A stretch of 64,000 nt of DNA, from contig NMRA01000151.1 of the NCBI GenBank assembly GCA_002633005.1, forward strand, positions 243,613 through 307,612. The letters run 5' to 3'. Below, piece by piece: positions 1-12,420 of the stretch (positions are counted from its first letter, which is position 1; the number at the start of each line of letters is the position of its first letter). Position numbers and translations under genes: made by a program. The notes beneath the pieces were generated by a model, which saw only the letters and a list, made by a program, of their open reading frames with translations, was not told the origin of the DNA and searched no databases. Source of the DNA: Phoronis australis. Taxonomy: Eukaryota > Animalia > Phoronida.

Positions 1-675
1 TGATGGGGCACTGCCAATGATTTCAATCTTAGACACATAACAAAGAGAGATTCAGTGGTTCAATAGATTACCACCCCCTTCTAATTGGAAGGAGACTCCA
101 GCCAAATACAAAATGTTCCAACTCCTAATGAAAAAGATGAGAAAACCTGTCCTGCAGAAGTAGTGCGACTTGGGAATGAGCACAAAATCACTCGAATTGG
201 CCGTGGCAGAAGATACCAGGGATGAAATAATGCTGACAATGGAACTGAGGGACATTTGGCAAGAACGTGCAACATTTTTAATAGTTCCAAATCTTCCTTA
301 GGATTTAAGAAATACTTAATGGCAATACTTAACAAAAATTCAATGTTGCCATTTAGCAATATGTCAAACGAATTACCAGATGAAGCAGCTCAACAAATGA
401 CAAACTATCACAATGTAAGTGAGCATGCAACAATCCATTCTTGCTTGTAAGCTATGACTTAATTTTCAACCTGTGTGGTGGCTTTAAAATTTCTAACTTG
501 AGGCCCAAGTCATAGATTTTAAAATCAATCTGGGTTTTCAATAACTCCCAACAAATATCCGAGTAGCGTTCTAATTTGCAATGGATAGCTATGTTACTGT
601 TTAAATAATAACCCAGGTATTAGGTCGAAGCCAGTATGCCATGGCTGTTGACTTCCTAATGGTCTCAGTTCTAAC

Positions 676-838
676 CTTTACGCTAGGTTCTTTACTGAAC
701 TCATCGCTCTTAGTGTTGCTGAAATCATAGTCAGGGAATGATGCGTTGAGAGTCCCAATGAGATAAAACAACGTCTTCATGCTGATGGTGTCACACAAAT
801 GACCTTCACCTTCATCGCTCTGACTGCGACTGTAGTGC
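676..838 (-). CDS. MAF1: MAF1 (RNA polymerase III repressor) coding exon 3; gene continues beyond the left edge
   Basis: Translates HYSRSQSDEGEGHLCDTISMKTLFYLIGTLNASFPDYDFSNTKSDEFSKEPSVK, the Maf1 B-box (TLFYLI.TLN.SFPDYDFS). AG acceptor at 839-840 and GT donor at 674-675 on the minus strand. Confidence 0.95.
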
Positions 839-1320
839 CTGAAAAAAAAGGGATTGATATGTTGCTAATCATAATTTAAGACGATCGTATCTAATATCCG
901 AAATGTGCATCACTTCACCTCTAATTGATCCTCTCTGAATTTTGTACAATCAAGTATTCAAAAGCAGAAAAGATCTGAACAGACATACATCACATTAGTT
1001 GGTGTACATATTGTATGTTAAAAGTGACAATTTGTAATTGCACCCCCGAAAACCAGCAAGAATGCAAGCTAACTGCCATTTATTATAACTCACATGAGAT
1101 GTTAAAATAAAATTATACACAAGGTACTGATACTTCAAGAATTTGAGCTGTTTAGAGCCTATTATTCCACTCTAATGGCTACGCTCATTTAGTAAAACTA
1201 AAATCGGGGACAGTTACTATTTCATTTTCCTTCACAATTACTCTTTTTCATCGAATGTATATTAGCATGCAGACAGTACATTAGATATGGTGAAACGCTC
1301 TTTGGAAAACTTAAGCATAC

Positions 1321-1449
1321 CTGCTTGGACTCAGCGACAAAACACTTTGAGGGGGTGACAGAGCCTGTAACTGACTACTTCCTTCACTATTCAAACTCTT
1401 GAACAGGCGCTTGTCATTCCCAGCCATTTTACAACTATAGCTTTCCACG
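1321..1449 (-). CDS. MAF1: MAF1 coding exon 2
   Basis: Translates (S)[42 protein letters not shown](R), the Maf1 A-box ESYSCKMAG. Flanked by ttgcag and gtatgc; phases fit both neighbours. Confidence 0.95.
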
Positions 1450-1739
1450 CTGCAAAATACAAGCTGATATAGTTCACAATGACAAAACTTTCATTCTGTG
1501 GACCAGAGCACCTGCATGGTTATTTCAAATATTTATAATTATTTTGCAATAGGGGACTTTTCATATGGACGCATTCTATAGTAACGAGAAGACTAAAGTG
1601 ACCTCTGAATGATCCCAACTCAGATTTTGTGGACAGGAATTCAATTACTACATAGTGGTTCATGAATATAAAAGCAGAGGAATAAATTCCACTGTCAGCC
1701 ACTCCCATTGTTTGATTAGTTAACGTTCACAAATTACTT

Positions 1740-2140
1740 AGCAAAATAGAGTTTCACCAAGTACGTTGCTCTGACACTAAGTTTTTTCCTTATTTTGTTT
1801 GTTCGCACGCTACATGATGCAATTTCATTTCGATCTGTACAAAATTTACACACAAACCGTAGGTCCGGAAGAGCTGGAAGCCTATTGTTTTTCGTCATGA
1901 TTGGATTCAAGATAGCACACGTGGCAGCCGTTTTCAAATATAGATTCAAATGCTCATATAAGCCGCAATTTTTAATGTACAAGGCTGCAATTCAGTACGA
2001 TTATTGCACCAGAGGTGTTCAATAGATGTGCTAGAAAAAGCTTGCCTCCGGTCAAAGACGGCGGAATATTGGCCATTGCACATGCGCACCTAGATTTCGG
2101 GATGGAAACGTTTTATCTAGTAAAGGGCGCATTATAGGCC
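1740..2140. repeat. Dispersed repeat; related copy in the opposite orientation at about 44680-45030
   Basis: Shared blocks, also visible in the ORF track as AILNPIMTKNNRL versus AILDSIMTKNNRL. Confidence 0.6.
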
Positions 2141-2957
2141 CAATTGTTTTTTAAAATTTTTCATGTATTAGTTTCCTGTGACTAGCTATTATCAAGTGCT
2201 GCTTGACCGGAAGTTGCTTTTAAGATGGCGACTTAGCACCAAATCTAAAATGCCAGAGTATGAATTATTCACCTACGGATGTCATTCGATTAATAACTTG
2301 TAGGAACTGATGGCTTCGCTATAACATACTCTAACTATCTAATAAGTGTTAAAACGTGTGCTACCAGGTCTTTAAGGTCAGGAAAGAGGTTATATTTAAA
2401 GTTAAGCCTGAGTTTTGTTTGATCTTGGTATGCATGATCCATATTCTGGTTACATTCTTCTATTTCTGAGCCTGAGGTACAAAAGCATCGTATCCAAGAG
2501 CATAGTTAATAGCATAAAAGGAGGTGGTTGTGGTTATTTAGGGATCTCAAAGTAAATCTAAGTTGCTTTTGAAAAGCAAGACTTCGAAGACCAGGAAAAT
2601 ACAAATAAATTATCATGTAAAAACAACCTATAAATTAGAAGGTGTAAAATTAAAATCCAGACAATTTACCAGGTCTTGGAATGATCTATGAAAAAAGAGG
2701 AAAAATTTAAAGGTCATATATCGTTCCACAAATGAATACAGTAGGCTTGTGTGATAGGAAATATCTTTTATGTGGTAAAATTTAACTGAAATAAAGGTTT
2801 TTGCGATTAATAAAGTCAAGATAATGATAAAAATTCAAAAAAGGAAACTGGAAATAAAAACAAAAAACAAAAACGAGGAAATCCTCTTAAAAGAAAAAAT
2901 TCCAAGCCGTGATTTAGATGGCTAACTAAAAGGCAGTGTTACAGGCATGAAATCTGC

Positions 2958-3531
2958 CAGACAGTGACCACCATCTAGCTGACTAGAGATGGTGTAGCTC
3001 TAATAGGAGCTTCATACATCAGAAACCTTTGAGCGAATTAAGCCTCACGCTGACTAAAACATCAAAGTCACATTGTTATAAATACCTTTTGCACATACAG
3101 CAACACCTTAGGAGGCCATTGATGTATTTAATTCCTTCCAGCTCAAAGAAATGCTCCCGTTATCAAACGGTCCCTTGTTTAGTTCACAAAATCGGAAACT
3201 CGCCATTTTTAACACCCCAAGCGGCAGGTGGTATGACGTCATATCTCCTGACGTACACACTGTGAAAATGGCCAATTACCAATTTTGGGAGCTGAACGTG
3301 GGACTGCTCGAAGAAAAAGTTTGATAACAGGAGCACTTCTTAAAGATGGAAGGAACTGAATACATCGACGGCCTCCTAAGGTGCTGCTATATGAGCAAAA
3401 GATATTTTTAACAACGTGATTTTGATGTTTTAGTCAGAGTGACGCATAATTCGCTGAAAAGCTTCCGGCATACGAACCTCCTGTAGGAGGTACACCGTCT
3501 CTCTAGTCAGCTACAAGGTGGTCACTGTCTA
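2958..3531. mobile_element. Mutator-like MITE with about 210 bp terminal inverted repeats in MAF1 intron 1
   Basis: Arms begin agacagtgaccacc and end ggtggtcactgtct. Flanks gaaatctgc (2949-2957) and gaaatctac (3532-3540) form a 9-bp TSD with one mismatch. Confidence 0.8.
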
Positions 3532-3553
3532 GAAATCTACAAAATCAATTTAC

Positions 3554-3636
3554 CTCCCATCAATTCTGCAATCACCATCTTTAACCGATAAAGCCGCATT
3601 CAATGCCTCGAAGGTGGCATTTTCCAAAAACTTCAT
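3554..3636 (-). CDS. MAF1: MAF1 first coding exon
   Basis: ATG at 3636; translates MKFLENATFEALNAALSVKDGDCRIDG, matching the Maf1 N-terminus (MKLLEN..FEAIN..L). Donor gtaaat; 83 nt, phase 2. Confidence 0.93.
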
Positions 3637-4099
3637 GGTCACTTAAATCAATACAGGCCTGGTAGTCACTGACTAATGTAAAATTTACAATCCAACAATT
3701 ATCCTGTCACTGACGCTGGGATGTTGATAGTCTCCTTACACAACAATGTTAAATGAATGCCAGGTTGAGGTAAGAAATCTGCCGCACAACTGGTTACAAA
3801 GTTAACAAAATAAACAACAGTGCGTAGGTGAGTTCTTAATAATACTTTTCGGATGAAACACGACAAATTTACTACTAGTAGGCCACCGATTCTGTAGGCT
3901 TTCCTTCATTAATTGGAAATCTGTCAAACAAGTTGGCTTGTAAACAAACGATTCGAGCTGCATTGTACTCGTAAATAATCCAGTAAATCGTCGAAGTCCG
4001 AGCGTTCTGAGTTCCTTGATAAGAGTTCTTGTGAATTCAAATGGTTCAACAAAATTCTAAGACGATCTAGGTCAAAACACATGAAAACTCCAAAAATTT

Positions 4100-4660
4100 C
4101 CTTGACGTAAAAAAACTTTTCCTAAAATTATCTTACATCCGGGATAGTTGAGCAGTGTTTATAAAAGAATCCTATTAATACCAGAACAAAATATATGTTT
4201 TGTAAATTTACACTTTTAAAAATACAAATTTGTTGTTATATATGTATTTTAATATTTTAAATACATATTTTACAATATTTTATTTTTGTATATTAAATTT
4301 TATTTTGAATTTTCGTATTTATTAGCTTTTCACTATTCACGCTTCTATCTCCAGCTCAAAAGGTGTCGTGAAGGGAAGTTATCGACTTGGGGAAAATCCC
4401 AACCTGCGGTCGATGATCACTAGGTTTTCCAAGAAGACCAGAAAAATGAATAGAAGTATAGGGAAGTTGAAATAGCCCACTCATGTCTGACGTCACTGTA
4501 TACTAGATCTATTGTCTAGCCTGCCTGGATTTTTTACGGGTAAGTCCCTATTGAAACATACAAATGTGGTGTTTACTGTTTAGTGTTAAAATTGTGAAAC
4601 TGAAAGTGAAACTAAGAACTAAAAAAGAGTAAGAAGACTGAACTTATTAAGCCAGTGAAG
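4100..4660. promoter_or_regulatory. Putative bidirectional promoter between MAF1 and HOIL-1, with a probable non-coding first HOIL-1 exon ending at the donor at 4661
   Basis: Divergent gene starts. ETS-like CCGGATGT (minus, 4135-4142), kB GGGATTTTCC (minus, 4391-4400), CRE TGACGTCA (4488-4495), ISRE-like GAAACTGAAAGTGAAACT (4596-4613), strong donor AAG|gtgagt at 4660/4661. Confidence 0.6.
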
Positions 4661-5029
4661 GTGAGTGAAGACACAGGTGTCCTCAGCTTCTGATCATCCT
4701 CAATACACTATATATAATACTATAAGGAGTATAAGGTACGACATTTTGGACAAGGAATTCCACGGGTGCCTCTCTTCACTTCAGCCTCCATATCAAACAA
4801 AAAACTCAATAAATTTACACAAAACAGGCTTAAGTGTCAACAAACCATTAGTAATTGTTATTCTACTACTAAAATTCTACCATTCACGGTGACCTGCTCC
4901 AGCGAGATCGCAACAAATTCGCGGTCAAAGCACAAAAATGTTCCCAAAAAAAGCCCACGCATCAGTCCTCTTATGACGGTTCGAGGTCAAGGAGGGTACG
5001 GAATTATCCAATGAGTTGCGGATGGACGG

Positions 5030-5560
5030 GAAGGTTACGAAATGGTCTGGTCAAGTGTGGAATTATCAATGTCGTGACACTCCGTGACAAATCGGCAGAC
5101 AATTTTTGTCCATACGAGTAGGCACATTGAATGACTTACAGAGCGTGGTCTGGGCGTTTGAGGTTCATCTGTACCGACCTGACATGATTTTGCTCGAGTC
5201 ACGGAACGCCCATGGTCGGGCAGACGATTTTCGTCCATGTGACCATGTGCTTTAAATGACTGTTAGAGCGTGGTCTGGGCATATAATTTTCGTCCGTACG
5301 GACCTGACGCGATCTTGCTGGAGTCACAGAATGCCCATGGTTATGCGGACAATTTTCTTCTATATGACCACGCACTTTAAATGACTTAGAGAACCCGTGG
5401 TCCAGAAGGACAATTTTTGTCCATACCGACCCGACGTGATTTTTGTCAAAAAACATTTATGGTCGGTTGGACAATTTTCGTCCATACCACCACCACTTTC
5501 GTCACCAGCGCGGTCGGGGCGGACAATTTTCGTCCAAGTCAACCACGTTCAGTAGCGTGG
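5030..5560. repeat. Degenerate tandem array of about 61 bp units (core gacaattttcgtccat)
   Basis: Core recurs at about 5098, 5224, 5285, 5348, 5409, 5470 and 5521. Confidence 0.7.
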
Positions 5561-5957
5561 TCCAGGAGGGTAAATTTTACCCACACGACCACACGCTTTA
5601 ATTTGAGTTGAAAAAGCCTTTGTAGCATGCGGTTGGTGGAGACCACTTAATCATGCAAATTTGGTAATACTATAGCCTACAGGGTGGTTTTAGTATTAAT
5701 CGAAATATACAATCTCGAAATCATTTGCTGGACATATGCACGACGTGCATTCTCTTACTTTCCGATATGGGGTCAGTACGCAAGAGAATTGAGTACTCGA
5801 AATTTGTTCATATTTGTGCAACATTGGCTGTTTTGTTACAAGAATGTCATGAGGAGAGAATAGCATTTACCTAGAAAGCATTGGTACACAAGACAATAAC
5901 TATAATTACGAAGAAGGGTGAGGCACTGGAAACTGAAGAGACCCATGTTAGTCACTT

Positions 5958-6502
5958 TTACCCCTGTGGGTTGTAGTAATTGCCGAGATTACTACACTGG
6001 GAATCAAACCACCGATCCCGATAAAACTGGCAAGCGTGATAACCATTCAGATATAATAGATAATTGCCCGTTTGCGAGTGCCTAACAGAGACTCATGATT
6101 CACTGGAAGCACATCTGCAAACATTGCCCCTTTCCTACGGAACAGACGCACCTCCTGGCTGCTGATCACGGCAATACCCTGATGTTATGGTATTTGACCT
6201 CAGCAACACTGCCTCGTGTTCTGGAATTTGCTCTCATCAACATTCTCCTTTGGTCTAGATCCACACCAGTTGTGCCTTGTCCAAGGTTCGCAGGTCCGAG
6301 TTGGCAGTGCTTCCTTGGTATGGTATATCATCCGTTTTGCCAACTACATTCAATTGTAATAAACGCCAACTTGGGAGTCAAACCAGCGACCGTGATAAAA
6401 CCAGTGAATGTGATAACCATTCAGTTACCATGCTCGTCGGTTTTATCGGGGTCGCTGGTTTGAATCCCAGGTCAGGTAATCGTGGCTATTACTACAGGGT
6501 AA
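5958..6502. mobile_element. MITE-like element with about 80 bp terminal inverted repeats
   Basis: tgtagtaattgccgagattac...gggaatcaaaccaccgatcccgataaaac (about 5972-6027) is the inverted partner of gttttatcggggtcgctggtttgaatcccag...gtaatcgtggctattactaca (about 6440-6497). Confidence 0.6.
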
Positions 6503-6554
6503 TCTTGTCATCATGGTGAACATACTTGTGCGACTTTTAGGCAGATCCGACGAA

Positions 6555-7612
6555 CACTGTGCCCCAGTAATTTCATTTTTTTCATTTTCCTCTGTTTCTC
6601 TGAAATTCCAGGACGAATTTTAACGAAATTTGATAAATAGATTTCTTTTAAAGAAACAATGACATTTTCTGGTTTTCAGACGGATTCGACATATTTTGCA
6701 CCATCTAGTGGTCATTTTGATAATACAAATAAACAACCCTAAAAGCACACCATTTGCGATGCATTCGTGGATGCATTGCTCTTGAAAATTTAGCAGTTAG
6801 GCATCTACTAATGAGGTGACACTATCCTCTGCTTTTTGGTTGAATTTGAGGTATTTTGCACCATCTAGTGGCCATTTTTACTGTTTTCGAGTCAGCTTTG
6901 TGGCATCAAACTACCGGTGTGCCCCTTAGTGGCAATTTCAATTTTTACGTTTACCTTCGTATCTTCAAACTTTAAGGTACTCTACGAATTTTATAAAATT
7001 TGGCTTATAGGCATCTGTTGGTGAGATGACTCTATCCTTCTGTTTTTTGGATGGATTTGAGGTAGTTTGCGCCAACTAGTAGCCATTTTTACTGTTTTCA
7101 AGTCAGTTTTTTTGGCATCTGCCCCTCTATCAACCAAACCACTTGAATGATGTTTGTGAAAATTGGTGTGGATGGTGTTACAATGAAGAGAATGGCTGGC
7201 GATTTTCCCACAATTTCAACTACTGTGACGCCTCCTAGTGGCAGTTTTGTTTTGTTTTTGTGCCCATTGCTTTATCTCCTTAACACTCTGCAGGATGTTT
7301 ATTAAATTTAGCAAGTGTATTTACATGAAGCTGACAACAGACGGCAATGAATGCTGTGCCCCCTAGTGGCAATTTCATTTTTTTCATTTTCCTCAGCCTG
7401 TTTCTCTCAAGTTTCTTTACGGATTTTTATGAAATTTAATAAATAGCTTTCTATTAAAAAACGATGGCATGTTTCTATTTTCGGATGGATTTGACGCATT
7501 TTGCGCCACCTAGTGGCCATTTTTGTGATACAAATGAACACCCCTAGAAGCTCACCATTTGTGATGCATTTGTGGACGCATTTCAATGCTCTGCATTGCT
7601 CTTGTCTTAATG
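6555..7612 (-). repeat. Copy of a dispersed, internally repetitive element family carrying many CTCF-like motifs
   Basis: Recurring gcgccacctagtggcca / tgccccctagtggcaa blocks. Homologous copies at about 22806-23460, 31570-31750, 40840-42300, 48300-48900, 51050-53720 and 58280-58480. Confidence 0.75.
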
Positions 7613-7851
7613 GCATTGCGCTTTATCCAGTTCGCAAACTCATGAATTTCTGACCCTCTTATTCATTATGATGAGATTGTTAAATAAATGTGGAAAACCA
7701 GAATTCTGGTGATTCAACTGTAACTCTTGCTTTCTTACCTAAATTCTGTGTTCAGTTTTCACTGTCTTGATTATTTTAAATTGAGTGAGGCCACGTCTTG
7801 CCCGTTTCATTTATGATTGCCTGCTTCATTTACTTGCAGTTGCCCAAAACA

Positions 7852-8033
7852 ATGTTTCAAACACGAGGCTATTCCAAGCAAGAGAGTCAAGAACTTGTTC
7901 AGAGACTGGCCAATGCTGTTGCCGTTGGAGATGTGAATCAAGCTGAGAATATTGTACAGCTCTTGGCCCATAACCGTGCAGTTATTGACATGAATATGAA
8001 GTCTATAGATAACTTGCCAAGAGATGAGATTAA
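7852..8033 (+). CDS. RBCK1: HOIL-1L/RBCK1-like exon 1 (LUBAC-tethering motif)
   Basis: MFQTRGYSKQESQELVQRLANAVAVGDVNQAENIVQLLAHNRAVIDM resembles the HOIL-1L/SHARPIN LTM (LA.AIA.GD...A......LA). Acceptor ttgcag at 7839, donor gtgagt at 8034. Confidence 0.85.
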
Positions 8034-9966
8034 GTGAGTAATGTGGCACATTTTCTCTAGGGTTTAGATTGGTTCAGTTATAAAAATGATCCCTTAATGA
8101 AAACCATTTTGTAGCCTTAGCTAAATTCTCCACACTGAAAAATTGTTCCAAAATTACGAAAGTACTAGTATCAAGCTTGCTAACGAAAGCTGTAGTCGTG
8201 GCTTTAACGAAGTTTGTGTAAAGGAAGGACTACTACTGAACTATATATATATAGATATTCTGAAAGAAAAAAGATTAGAGATTATGGAAATATGTTTTGT
8301 ATTTATGTTCCATTATTATAATTACGTTATCACCTTTTTAAAACAAAATTTCATTTTTAAGAAAGGTATATTTATAACAAAATAATGATTTTATTTAACC
8401 CTTTTTAAGTAAAAACCTAAAAATTTACCTCAAAAAGATTTTTTGTTAAAAATGTTCGATTACCCATTTAGTTTAATTCTTTCTTTGCTAAATTTACTTG
8501 CAAAACAAGGTATTTTTGTCATATTCTTCTATGTTACTGTACGCAAAAAGTTGGTGTTACGAAGAAGGACTTGCCACCTTGTAAAGTGTATTAAATGCAA
8601 ATATTACAAATAAAGAAGAAACTGCCTGCATTCTAGGACAAATGATGCCATGCTCTCGACCCTGGCCCAGATCGAGTGCTACGACACGTAGACTTTATAT
8701 TGTGTTTAGACCGTGTTCGTTCCATCATGGCAAAAGGATGACCCAGGTTTACTGTGGCCTTTGTAGTCAGTGATTATTAAGTGTCTATTTTGTGAATAAT
8801 GGCCACCACTTGGTTGTGGCTCATATATGTCTGCGTCATTTCTTGTTCATGCAGCCTCAAAGCCAACAAAAGTTCACTAAGTGGGAAATTGAATTCATTA
8901 TCAGATTTGTCAAGTACTTGAGAGTGATGCCCGTTTCCACTCTCTTCTCCGTCTGCATACTAATTATCCATTACTCGCTCAAAATCACCCTCATCTTCTG
9001 ATATGCTGTGTTCTGCCATTGCAATTAAATGTCAAGTCACCATACGTTTTCCACCCATACATCATTTGGTGGGAAACTCAGAAATGACTAATTTTCTTCA
9101 AAATTAAGATATTCATAACTATTTGGTATCAAAAGTGCTTATTTGGTTAGATTTTATGGTATTTATTTCATATTAGCTATCTGAAGCTTCAAAAAGCTAA
9201 GAAAATGCACTCTTTAATGACCCTCAATATGTGCCCCTTCATTATTAGTAGCGCAGTCAGCTGGGTCTCTCTTGTGTTGGCAGGAATGTGTTAACTGAAA
9301 CCCGTGGTTCACATTGGGCTTTGGCTTGAATTTTCACCTGTACTAGGTCCCTCTTAACTAAGAAATTTCTGGCAAAACAAGAATAAGGCCAATACAAAAA
9401 TATGCGTAATGTTAAATTGCAAGTGCATTAAATTTTCTTCAATCAAAATTGGATAAATATCATCAACACAAAATGTAAAAGTGACTTCCCTGATTTTGGG
9501 GATTCAAACATATGACACAGTACTTTGGTTTTGGCTTTGGAAAAGGCGAATCTGTCTGGAAAATTTTGGTTAGTATGATGGCGATGATGCATAAATGGGT
9601 GAAGTCATTTGGAGGTACATGAATCCCAAGTAGTTCTAGTTTGCAGGTTTCTGATTTGCATGTGAAATTCCCCGTGTAGTTAGTTTTGGTGTGTGCCACT
9701 AGCAGACTGCTCATCAATGCTTGTGTTGTGTAACAGGCTATTTTTCCAAATATCCTTTTATTCAAAATTCTCATTTCCTGTCTGTCTGAACTGTGGAACT
9801 GCATAAGTCTGTTATTCTGCAAACAGCTCAAAGTTAATTGCTTTGTGACTCTTCACCAGTGGTTGGTGTCAAGTTGTGCTCTTTAGGCCAACTAAAATCA
9901 CCTTAAGAGTATGATAAATATTTTTGTCTACATTTTTATTTGTGACTATGGTTGTTGATTTTTTAG

Positions 9967-10057
9967 TGTTAAAGTTCACATTGAGGACCGTAGAAGCTCC
10001 GGTTGTATACCACTCACTGTGAATAAACATGCTAGCATAAAGGACTTGAAGATTAAG
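9967..10057 (+). CDS. RBCK1: HOIL-1L exon 2 (UBL N-terminal half)
   Basis: (N)VKVHIEDRRSSGCIPLTVNKHASIKDLKIK; ttttag and gtgagt boundaries; phase 2 to 0. Confidence 0.88.
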
Positions 10058-11079
10058 GTGAGTCCCTGCTCTCTACTGGTATTGTTTTGGAAATGAGCTA
10101 GCACGTCAAGACAGATTGGGGTCTTTTGTCTGTGGACTGTGGGTTGTCATGGTATATGCTCCTGATCACTTTCTGCCCTTTCCTTTTTAGTTGCAGCTCA
10201 CATAGAAAACACTATCTGTTGATTTTTCATAAAGTCAGTGTTTAACATAAAAACTAATTTTGATATAGACCACTCATTATATTATTAAGTTGTACTTTTT
10301 TATTTAAATTAGGCTTTGAAACTATAAATTGCAGACCTCTCGAGGCCAGGGTCAACACTTGGGCTTCTCACGACGGGTCATTTTATGGTCTGAGCAGATG
10401 AGAAGTTTTTCTTAACTTAAAAAAGAGAGGACAGTAATAGTCTTTTTGAGACATGTTGACTTGACACCACGGTTCATTTTCTGGTTTTAGCATGGTCTCG
10501 AGTATTAACAAGCTGTCATTTTTTCAATCGTAGAATCTACTTCTCATCTGACTAAGACTAATATATTGTGGAAAGTGGTGTAATAACTAATTTTTATGAT
10601 AGAAAGCAACTTTAATTCTCATTAAAGAGGGTTGTACTTGCAAAGAAAATCCACATCTTCCATAGCTTGCTATTAGTTTAAATTTTGAAATCTTATCCTT
10701 CGGAATTTACCCCTTTTTGGTTTCGATTTCCTTCTTATTTGATTTCGTCTCTTTTTATCATTATTTCGGCTTTTTTCATGCAACACAAAATATTTCTATC
10801 ACACAAGCCTATTTATTTGTGGTACAATACATCACCTAGAAAATTTTCCTCTTTTTTGTCATTGGTCATTCCAAGCCTTGTCAGTTAGATACTTTGCTTT
10901 TTTCCTTGATTAGGAATTGCCTTCAGTAGTCTTTGGATGTGGTGACTGCTGAGAACGTCTTTGTGTTTTTGACAATGCAATTTGCTTTGTGGAACGCTTA
11001 CGATGGGATTTAGAATATATGTTCACTATGTACTGATAGGTTCTCTTGTTACTATAGTTTCGTACCTTCAAAATTTTAG

Positions 11080-11317
11080 ATGCTTCAAGACCACGGGTTT
11101 CCTCCAGAGGTTCAGAAGTGGATAATCGGTAAACGCATGCCTTCCGATCAGGAAACCTTGCAGAAACTAGTCAAGGTACCAGATTCTGATCTGTTCCTAT
11201 ACCTTTTCCCAGCTAAAAAGGTCAATCTGACTAAGGAGGCCTTTGTTAGGAAGCATGGCCGCAATATACCCCCAGGTGTGCGAGAAGAACATTTCAAAGG
11301 AGTGGTTGCTGAGGGAG
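11080..11317 (+). CDS. RBCK1: HOIL-1L exon 3 (UBL C-terminal half)
   Basis: MLQDHGFPPEVQKWIIGKRMPSDQETL...LFLYL matches the HOIL/SHARPIN UBL motif GFPP..Q.W.IG. Donor gtgagt at 11318. Confidence 0.93.
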
Positions 11318-12420
11318 GTGAGTTTAGTCAGAGCTGAATATATTGATGAAACTGGTATTATTCATGTTCATAAAAATGTTCTCATCAAATTTTATGTACC
11401 ACGTTAACATATTGTTCTTTTGACTAAGTTTTCCTTGCACTCGGTAATAATAGACAGGTGACATAAACACCCAAGCAATAGATTCGCTTCTTGTTGTGTA
11501 CATGCATTTCATTTACATTGAACAAACCCTGTATGTGGAGGTCAGACTTTCTGCATTAATTTTATGCATAATTAGTCGATGTATACAATCAAAGAGAAAT
11601 TAAACCTGTTCAGCTGAACTGCGGTACTTAGTAAAATCCTTAAGCCCTTGCGAGAGAACAGCACCATTCTAATTATTTCACCATTTCTCAAGAAGGGAGC
11701 AGTTCTTTATGAAGCATTGTCTAATCTCCCAAATTTCTACTTTGCCCCTAGTGCTTTCAGATTCGTCAAAAATAAGTTCAGTCTGCTTTTAGCGGCGAAC
11801 TTGAAACTCGTTACTGTGATGAGTCAAAATAGGATATGGGGAATATGTGTTCCTCTAAAAAGGTCCCACAATGCCTTTTAATTTAGTTTATGGTCACATC
11901 AGGCATGACACTAAGAATAAATGATTTGAAGAATGATTTTGCCCCTAAACTTTTTAATATTTACCTTTTTGACTAAGGCTAGTGTGATCATGTGCTTTGC
12001 TTGTAATGCAAGAAGATTGCTGTTGGTATTGTCTTAATACTTAGTGATTATCACACTTTTTGAAGCTGTTATCAACTCACCTTGTGTCAAAAACCTTACT
12101 TTTGATTTGACCTTTCACAGTTACAATTGGTGTTAAATTCTTTCAAGCTCAGCTTAAATGCTTTCTGGACTTCGGGAAAAATTTAGAGTTCGTTATTGAT
12201 TGAGACCAGACTGGACAAGTTAGCTTGACCTGGCTGGTCATGTGTGCCAAACGTGGTCTCAAGTAATAACAGAGTGTCAGTTATTTCCAGGTCCAGAAGC
12301 TGTAAGTCTGGTAAATAACAGCTTGAGACTATTTTTCTAGGAGTTCGTAGCCTAACAAAGTTACTTTTCTCTAATTGAAAGTAGACTGGTTTAATTTGCA
12401 GCAATAATTTCGACTTGCAG

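Noticed and set aside
1-450. Short ORFs and coding-like sequence, possibly a LINE tail
   Set aside because: No recognisable motif and not similar to the expected next MAF1 exon; cannot be assigned.
4564-4632. ATG-initiated short ORF in the presumed first HOIL-1 exon, considered as an N-terminal extension or PH-domain start
   Set aside because: It stops before the donor, and no SHARPIN-type PH exon was recognised between 4660 and 7840.
5030-5560. Regularly spaced repeats that superficially resemble a CRISPR array
   Set aside because: The inter-repeat segments are homologous to each other, the context is a eukaryotic intron, and there are no cas genes.
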